Shown: piece by piece, positions 54,158 to 64,000 of the stretch
Numbering within the stretch: position 1 is the first letter of the stretch
How the letters are laid out: the number at the start of each line of letters is the position of its first letter
Assembly: GCA_012295275.1 (NCBI GenBank)
Contig: CM022673.1
Location: forward strand, 27,404,001-27,468,000
Origin: Chrysomallon squamiferum
Lineage: Eukaryota; Animalia; Mollusca
Direction: 5' to 3'
Length of the DNA: 64,000 nucleotides
The notes under the pieces: model-generated
Databases searched by the model: none
Seen by the model: the letters and a program-made list of their open reading frames with translations, nothing else
Told to the model about the DNA's origin: nothing
Made by a program: the position numbers and the translations under genes

Positions 54158-54200
54158 TAATATTAATAATAATAATAACAACAACAACAATAATAATAAT
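53913..54200. repeat. poly(A) grading into (AAAT)n, (TA)n, (AAT)n and (AAC)n
   Basis: Direct reading. Confidence 0.9.
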
Positions 54201-55420
54201 ATTCATTTTGTAATAGCTGTTGAAAGTGGAAGTGTGAATGGAATTCATACTCACGTCGTTTATTTTTAAAAGTACTGTTGTTGACATCACATATAATAAT
54301 GGATTTTGTATAATGTTTTTTCACCCCCTTTTTAATTTTTTTAATGGTGTATTACTGAAACAGTTTATATTTCAGTTGTATCATTTTCAACTCAAACAAT
54401 ACTTGTAATAAATGCTAATTTGGAGTAATGGGAATCAGCTGGAAGATGTCAGTAAAAGTACACATTGCATGATACAGTTTCTACATAGTATGCATTAGAG
54501 CTTACATTTTAACATCATTCTTAATTTACACAGCTATTCAGTCTCGCTATGCGTTTAAATAAATGCACAAGTCAATATATAATTATTTTTCTAAAATTAA
54601 ATGATCCTAATAAGATAACAGAATATAATTTCTTTGTCATAAACAAAAAAAAAAAAAATAATAATAATAATCGAGAAGGCATATATTTAAAAAAGAGAGA
54701 GAGAAAAAAAACAACTAACAAATAAATAAATAAATAAATTTAAAAAACTGTGAAAGAAAAAATAAAAACGACAGAAAGATATATATCAGTTTCCAGATAA
54801 CAAAACTGATGCTGATTGTTTTCATCGTATTTTTATTTTTATTTTTATTTTTTTACCTCACACTGCATTTTTTGTCCTGTTTTTTTTTTTTTTTTTTTTT
54901 GTTCTCTTAACAACAATAGTTTCTCGAATATCTAAACCGTAAAATGCATATCGCGTTACTTCGTCATATCAATAAAAAGAAAGAATGAAAGTTCGTTTTT
55001 TTACCTTCTTCTTCTTCTTCATAAATTACATTTTTTAAAAGAAACTTTTTTTTTTACAGTTTTCAGTTGTTGTTGTGAACAATGAATTATATTGCTTGCA
55101 TTTTTCATAAATATCAGTTCTGCATTGCAAGGCGTCCCAAACAATTAATCTGCAGCTTGCGTTACCGCTAACCCTTTTATCCAAACTCAATGTAAAAAAA
55201 AAAAAAGAAGAAAAAAAAGAGCATCTGCCGCTTTAATACCCGTATGGTTATATTTTACCTCGATGAAAAGTTGGCGCCTGTTTATAACTTAATTTTATTA
55301 TCTACAAAGAACAATCATTATGTTTCTACATATCGAAAATATCGAATTGCCGACAGCAACTTGATCTTATTCAGGTGATAAAAACCAGATATGAACTCTT
55401 TATACACACGCATCGTATAC

Positions 55421-55423
<3 letters not shown>

Positions 55424-55480
<57 letters not shown>
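55424..55480. repeat. (TA)n microsatellite
   Basis: Direct reading. Confidence 0.95.
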
Positions 55481-55629
55481 TTAAAACAAAAAAAATTTAG
55501 GATGTTTTGAAATTAAAGAAAAACTCATTTAGTTTTATGAAATTCTGTGATAAATTTAAAAAAAAAAAAAAATGCAGGGACGAGGTGTACCATTTTATGA
55601 TGGATATATAACTTTCTAAATAATAATAT

Positions 55630-55660
<31 letters not shown>

Positions 55661-55713
55661 AATAAATAAATAAATAAAAATAGAAATTTTTAAACGATAG
55701 GTTAACTCATATA

Positions 55714-56268
55714 CAGTGGAACCTCGGGTTACAAACGCCTCGAAGTACGAGCAAATCGGATTACGAACCGTGATCTTGGGCAATTTTAGTCTCGGTTTAC
55801 GAATTAGGTCCCGAGTTACGAATTACAGCGAAGCGCCACGACAAGCTTTCCTTTGACGTCGGTTTTGACGTCAACATCTAGTAAAGATAAGAAGAGATGC
55901 GGACGTCAAAACCGAAGTCAAAGTAAGGATTATAATATACCCTAAGCAAATATGTATCATGAATTAGGGCCTTTGGTCTTCGATATGCAGTTGCAGCTCA
56001 ATAGCTTTTGCATTGAGATTGTGCGCTCGCGTTTCTTAAAGTGTCGCTGCTTTTATATGTATATTTTTATTATGCTCTATCCAATATGGCGCCCAAGAAA
56101 ACAAAAAGTGAAAGCGATAATTCTGGTGGAAAGTATAAACATATCACAATAGAGGTTAAGAAAGAAATAATTGCAAAAAAATGAGAGTGGCGTTCGTGTG
56201 TTTGACATTGCTTCGGTTTACGAACCGTGTTCTGGAACGAATTAAGTTCGTAAACCGAGGTTCCACTG
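55714..56268 (+). mobile_element. pogo/Tigger-like non-autonomous element, copy 2
   Basis: TIRs CAGTGGAACCTCGGGTTAC...GTAAACCGAGGTTCCACTG; TA on the left, TG on the right merging into (TG)n. Transposase remnant MAPKKTKSESDNSGGKYKHITIEVKKEIIAK..ESGVRVFDIA (CENP-B/psq-type HTH start) from 56086. Same family as 6028-6555. Confidence 0.88.
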
Positions 56269-56689
56269 TGTGCGTGTGTGTGTGTGTGTGCGTGTGTGCA
56301 TTTTTATTATAAGTATTATAATTGTTGTTATTATTGTACGTCGTAACAGTTGTCATTGTGCGCATCATGTTAGTTTCAGAATAAAAAATGACCATACTTG
56401 AATAATCGTGTATTTAAATACAAATAATAAACTGAGGTTTTTAATGGTTTGTTATATTTAGTTATCTGATAGTTAGTTTATTTATTTATAATGCATTTAT
56501 TTATTTATAATTTAATTTTTTTTTATTTACTACTCTACATATATAATACTGAAATTTATTTTATATATGCTTTATATCTACATCGATTTTTTATTGTTTT
56601 TTTTTTTATTAAATTTAAATTAACAAAAAAAGAAAAAGCCAAGAAGCATTTTAAAGTTTGTTTATAAATACATATATTTAATAATGATT

Positions 56690-57480
56690 TCATCTTTAAT
56701 AAAATAGTAAATTTTATTTAAAGCACGAGACTATTTCATTCAACGCATATTAACAGTATATGTTTCTTTCAACGTACTTATGTCATACATATTTCACTTA
56801 ATTCTTACAACTCTGTCATTCAAAGTTTAACATTTAAAATACAGCAATGCATATATTTACAACACTGCATTATTTCATTTAATAAAGGCATAAAATTGTA
56901 TTATTTTATCGTATGTTCAAAACTATATATTTCTTTTAATATTTAATTTATTCATATTTCATTTAAAATATAATAATATATATTTTATTCAAGTTATTAA
57001 TACACAATTTATTTAAAAGATAACATTATACATTTCATTCGACGTTTAACGTTCTATATTTCATTTAATTTATAACCGTATAATTTTATTGCACAATGTA
57101 TATTTCATTTAACATATAAAACTGTATATTTAATTCAACTTGTGAGTGTGTGTGTGTGTTTGTATATGTCTATATATATATATATATATATACATCATTC
57201 GATGTATAACTATATTTCAATGTTTAACGCTGCATATTATTTAATTTCAATAATTCAATCAACATTTAGTTATCTTTCAGTGTTTAATATTGTACATTAT
57301 TTAATTTCAACTTGTAAAACTGTATTTTTTTTTAAACGTTCATATTTCAATGTTTAACACTGTATATTATTAAATTTCAGTGTTTAGCTATATTTCAGTG
57401 TATAATACTGCATAGTATTTCATTTCAACGTGTAACACTGTATGTATTCCATTCAACGTATAACACACAACGTATATTCC
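56690..57480. repeat. Degenerate AT-rich tandem array (about 25-30 bp unit, tatatttca..aacgtttaacactg)
   Basis: Many diverged recurrences of tatttcattcaacg / tatatttcaatgtttaacactgtatattatttaatttca. Confidence 0.6.
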
Positions 57481-60400
57481 GCGCAAAACACTATTTTACT
57501 ACCGCTAAGTGAAACGTACACTTCACATATCAATACGGAGCATTTTATTGATCACATAAAACTGATAATTATATGCAGAACAAATTAAATTCTGTTATTA
57601 TAACTAAGGTTCACAAAATCTCTAGTCCACAAGTATAGCAATATTTATTTAAACACATTTTATTTAGCAACACAATGCATTATATTTAAATACATTTGAT
57701 ATACCAGTCATTTTTTTTTTTTTTTTTATTATATTCATTATTATTATTTTAATTTACGGAACGTTAAATTTTTCAAGTTTTTGAAAATGCAAGAGACTGA
57801 ATAAGCTTGAATACTAAAGATTAAACTTATACATAAATCAAAAAGAAAGAAACTTAAGGAAACCATGATGATGATGATGATGATGATAGCTATGATGGTG
57901 ACAAATGATAACAATAACAGTAGTACTAGTAATAGTTACTGGTAATAGTAATAGTAATAGTATTAATTAAAAAATAATAATAATAATAAAGCACAAACTA
58001 AAATAACTAAATAACAGTAAAATTAAAAAAACAAAACAGTTTATTTTAACTGTTTAAAAAAGAAAGAAAGGTAAACTGACATTCAAGACGAATTAACGGC
58101 AACAAAAAAAAGATATTTCAGTGAACCAGTCTGTTTTGTTAGTGTGTCCTTGCTTAAAATGGAGTTTCTTCTCTTGGTCTTTGCTCTTTGTTTGCCTAGA
58201 CCTCTAACCATTAATAGTTGTTTAGTAATAAGCATCGATCCCATAATACACTGGGACTAGTTATCGCCATTTCCAGGGAGTAAGTTAAGCGAGTTATAAA
58301 TGTTTATCTGTTCATTGTGGATATTTCAAAGAATTTGTTTCAGTTCAGCGTTTCATAGTTTTAACGGAATTATTGTATAAGTCAGTAAGTATCTTTACAT
58401 CTGGTTATTTTGATATAAATTTCGTTTGTTTTTGTGTATTGCGATAGAGCTGTCAAAAAACTTCAAACAGCCCAGAAACTGAGAAGCCTTGCCCAGTGGC
58501 ACCGGCACCAGCTTCAATAACTGTACATCTGTATTTCTGGCATCATCATTATAATCATCAGCACAGACTCTAAAATTATTTTATAAATATTATTTTGGGA
58601 TATATACTCAAGAAATATGACCATTGGTATTACGTTATTGGGTGGGGTTAGGCAGGTGCACTAAGTTGAATGAGTAATGCTATCAGTAGTTCGGACTTTA
58701 AATTTGACGATAAAGTTGGATAACTACAGTTTTTCGGCACTTATATTTAATTAAAATATTGTGAAAATATAAAAATAAATGATTACGATGCATTGGGCTT
58801 TTCTTTCTTTTATTCATTTTATTGTTGGATGGTTATCTGGACACAGTTCGGAGTTTCACAGTTTTAAAAAAACTTGTATGTAAACCATTCCAGAATAGAC
58901 AGTACCTAAGTTTCAGAATAATATTGCCTAACATATACTTATCATATTTTTGTATATGTTAGGTCTAGCAAGTCTAAAGGTTTATAACTTTAAATAGTTG
59001 AAATGCTTACTATTGCATAAATGGCTTAGATACCTATAGGTACATAAAGTAAGTTATTTTTTTATCTGATGACTAATACATTGTCAGCCATAGAAAATAT
59101 AATACATAAGATAATAATATAGAAACTGATGCTAAGTATGTTAAATTTTAAATACAATTTAAGTGTATAAATATAATTTATTTGTTATAATTATATACAC
59201 ATATTTTATCACAGTTTAGATTGTAACTTAAAGGATAACTTTGATGGTATCTACAAGTGACCTAAATATGTTTTATATACTTCCAGGTTGTTGACTGATT
59301 GTTTGTTGTGACCTATCATTACTAAAACTACAATATGGCAACAGCAAAACAAATAGACATCACTGTTTTATTTTATATAATATTATTTATTTCACAGAGA
59401 AATTTATAAAATAAAGATTGTGACCGAACCATTCATGCTATGAGAAAAAGGGCAGAAGTTATTATTTTTTTCTAACAGACTGCAGTCTTTTTCATTGATA
59501 ATTGCATATTGGCTGACACCTTTCAATAAATGTTCTGTGTCATGTAAGTGTAATATAAATTTTTTACATCTATGAAAAAATTCTAACAAAAGCAAAAATT
59601 CAGCATTTGCATCATTCTGAGATTAGTATCATTTAATGCTAAATATTAATTTGAGTATTAACATTAACAAGTGCTTTGAGCACAGTCATGATGATATGCT
59701 CAGTTTTTAGATTCTTTGAAAATTTAATGTTTTCAAGGGACTGGTTCTTAGTTGTGTTTTTCTTGGCCTCTTCATAGGTTACAATGCTGTCATCCTAAGT
59801 ATTATGACCATTACAATCCTGCTCATACATCAAAATTGTTATTTTTAGACAACAGGTTTCTACTCTAAACATGATTTTTTTTAACTGTAAATTTATATCT
59901 TTTCCATTTAATTCAATAGTAGTTGTATATATGCTTTAATAAACTCTTCTTGAATTTGATAAAAACATGTTATTCTTAATGTCTATAATATTTCAAATTT
60001 AATTTAAATTATTACTTGCAGTGTATTGGATAATCATTAGTTATTGACATGGGTTGGTAGATACACAAGTAATTCAGTTCAATTAAGCATTTTTTTTAAT
60101 CAGGGATATATATATATATATATATATTGTATTGGAATCTTAATATGAATCTGAATCTCTATTCATACATTGTTTTTTTAATTTTAATATTTTAAAGAAA
60201 AATAGAACTTTTTGACATGTGTGTTCACAAACATGTTCTTAATGTGCACAGATATATGTATATAGAAAGACACACACTTATGACAATGAAAATCATAATC
60301 ACAGTGTCAATTACTTCTGCATGCACTTCCTTGAAAGTTGGTAGGATGGTGCGATGTTCTAAGCGAATATATGATTGGTTTGTTATAAATAGTTTGCTTT

Positions 60401-60935
60401 TGTCCATTTCCTTTATGTACAGCAAAGGGCTTGCTGACCTTGTGCATACATGAGTCATTAGTTTAATACAACAGTATTAACCAAGTTACAAATCTGAATG
60501 AACCTACAGTGTTGTCATTTATGGATTAACAACTTGATCATTATGTCATGGTCCCAAATAAAATAAAAGAATGGCTTTTATCCTAATGCACCGATCTGTC
60601 ACTCACTCGATGCAGTTCACATCTGAAATGGCCGATAGCAGTATTGATTTTCTCTTTTTTTCACTCTCGATAGGCCAGTAGAAGACCGAAGCCTGCTTTT
60701 AAGCCAGACTGTTCTTCAGGGAAACACTACCACTCACCAACTGAAATTAGCTTATTATTTATTCCCGGACATTTATTTAATCATTGTGTTAGCATGATAA
60801 CATTAGGCTGGTGTTTTATTGACAGATTTACTTGTTGCTTGTGTTACAAGTAGCGTTTAGTTTTGGAGTAGACATTTTTTTAAAAATTTCAACATGTTCA
60901 GCTGTTTCAGAAGGACCTCAGACAACAGAGACATC

Positions 60936-61930
<995 letters not shown>

Positions 61931-62603
61931 TAATGAATATATGTTCTAAATTCACCACCTGTTTCAGCTGTACCAAAAAGTGCAGTGGAAACTGGTTAAG
62001 CAAGTTGAATTTAAAGGGAGCAGGATGGAATAAATTTCTCTTATCAGCTTTGTTATTTATTTCTAATTGCCAAGAATGAATTTTTTAATTATCAGAACTA
62101 AAAAGAATTGGCACAGATGCATATACACACATGCATGCACATACAGATACACATGTACACCCACACACACACACACCCACACACATATGCAAAACTCTGT
62201 GTTAGCATTATACCAGATTGGTCTGATTTAAAGACAGTGTCAGAAATGAGGGGAGATTAAAAACTTAATTTCATATAATGCATAACTACAGACTATCAAA
62301 TTGTTTGCAGAGTTTCAGAGTATCAGCAACATTTTTTAAAATCTGTTTAACTTTATATTTTAATTATCATACATCTAAATTGTTTGGAAATTAATGATCC
62401 TTATCACATAAATACCCTCTTTATTGCTTATGCATTTTCACCATGTGGTGGTTTCCTTTTTATTCTTAAGAGATAATGTGCATGAGATTACTTTTATTAG
62501 CAAATGTTGTAGACGTTTATAATATTTTTGCTACATTAATCAAACTGACAGAGCTAATGATTAACGTATATTTATTTTTAAATTATTATTTTGTTCCTTG
62601 TGA

Positions 62604-62833
62604 TTGAAATTCCTCATCCTTTGGAATAAATAAAAACATTTTTAAAGTAAATAATTAATATGGGACATATTAATTTTTTCCATTAATTAATTCAGTGAGG
62701 CCATTAATCAAGGTTTGTGCTTGAAATTCCTCATCCTTTGCAATAAATAAAAACATTTTTGAAGTAAATATAATTAATATTATCTGTTAAATTTTTTTCA
62801 TTAATTAATTCAGTCAGGTCATCATCAATCAAG
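62604..62833. repeat. Tandem duplication, 2 x about 117 bp, in RALA intron
   Basis: ttgaaattcctcatcctttg(g/c)aataaataaaaacattttt...cattaattaattcagt..aatcaagg starting at 62604 and 62721. Confidence 0.9.
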
Positions 62834-63781
62834 GAATCCATTAACTGGTTGCTGACCCATTCATTTATTTTTGTTGTTGTTGTTAGCCTGTTCATTCGTT
62901 GTTATTTGTTACTGCATTTACTTGTTCATTCAAACAAACAGACATTTTTGGTTGAATGTCATTCATCGCTTGTTAACGATGTGGTCTTTTAAAGTATGTG
63001 TGTGTATACCTGCTTCCTTATGATGGATTGTAAAAAAAAAAAAAAAAAAAAAAATAAGTGATAATTACCATGACAGGCAGGTAAGATGCACATGTGCTGG
63101 CTTCATACAGTGTCTACTTTGTCAGCATCAGGGGCAGCTTGTTCTGCAAGAAATGATGGCCGGTATCACAGGGCAGATAGCTGAGGGTAGTTTAGCTCTC
63201 TTATCATCAGCTGACTTGAAATGCAGTGATAAAGAGAACAAGTTTGCATTTCTGGCATTTTACTTAAGGGCAAAAAATGCTCGTTGTGAAATGCTTTCCA
63301 AATGTACGGTGTGATCGATTTTTCTTTCCTGACACAAAAACCTGGCAATGTCTAAGTCAGCATAATGATGAAATAGCACTTTACTCGCTATGTGTAAATT
63401 CTAATTTAATAGAAATTTTAGTTATATATTAACTTCAACCATTTTCCCTCCAAAAAATAAAATAAAAAAAATACCCTCCCCAACCATTGTGTGGAATAAC
63501 CTGTAACAATAAAAAATATATTAAATTTAAATTATGTAGTAACAAAAAGTAAATAAAAGAAAACATTCTGAAGAATGTGAAGCAGAAAATCCTGTGAACT
63601 TGACTTGAAGCTTACAGAAATATTCATTATTATTTTATTTTTTATTTTATTTTTTTCTTCTTTTCTTTTATGACTTTTCATAATGTGCTATGGTTAGAGG
63701 GTAAAGATAAACCTAGTTTTATAGGAATACCTGCATACAGTGCTACATAGTGAACATTCTTTGGAAATGATCATATGTATC

Positions 63782-63823
<42 letters not shown>

Positions 63824-64000
63824 ATTTTATAAGTAAATACATGAAGAAAAAAAAAATTAAATAAATATATATATATATATAAAAAAACGAGTAAGATTAA
63901 TTTACCTGACTAAATAGTTGATAGGTTTTTTTTTTAGGTTTTTGTTTAAAGAGGAATTACTTGGTCTCTCTTACAAAAAAATGGATTAGCTCATTACACC

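Noticed and set aside
37615-54290. F/I/L/Y-rich or CVCV/THTH ORFs (37615-38067, 41386-41625, 42440-42986, 44203-44496, 53868-54290)
   Set aside because: Translations of A/T-rich and dinucleotide microsatellites, not membrane proteins.
55168-55176. CTAACCCT resembling a telomerase RNA template
   Set aside because: An 8-nt match is expected by chance; no pseudoknot or H/ACA features recognised nearby.
63166-63348. 60-aa ORF or a third RALA exon
   Set aside because: Non-ATG start, and the expected Ral continuation (EQILRVK...LVGNK) is not seen in the window.

Overview
AT-rich, microsatellite-rich metazoan genomic DNA with spliced genes. It is probably a mollusc, which is inference from composition and SINE-like remnants. 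Six protein-coding genes were reconstructed by hand from splice sites: SNAPC1 (-), a BTB-BACK-Kelch gene (+), an intronless WDR74/NSA1 (-), DBF4/ASK with a very long last exon (+), MED1 (-) and the first two coding exons of a Ral GTPase (+, runs off the window). Two copies of a pogo/Tigger-type non-autonomous DNA transposon, degenerate SINE remnants, a small retroposed poly(A) fragment and simple repeats are also present. Main oddities: (1) reading-frame breaks inside the long exons of the Kelch gene, DBF4 and MED1, most likely single-base assembly deletions, although the DBF4 break separates a complete 456-aa Dbf4 from a >1100-codon second ORF, as in the two-product insect chiffon; (2) a candidate TND/LEDGF-binding motif in the DBF4 tail; (3) tandem [S/T]P repeats in the disordered tails of SNAPC1, DBF4 and MED1; (4) two GC-AG introns; (5) an unexplained CpG-rich 290-bp segment with a poly(A) tail. 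I found no clearly established new biological system, and these are leads only. All homology calls are from memory, not database searches.
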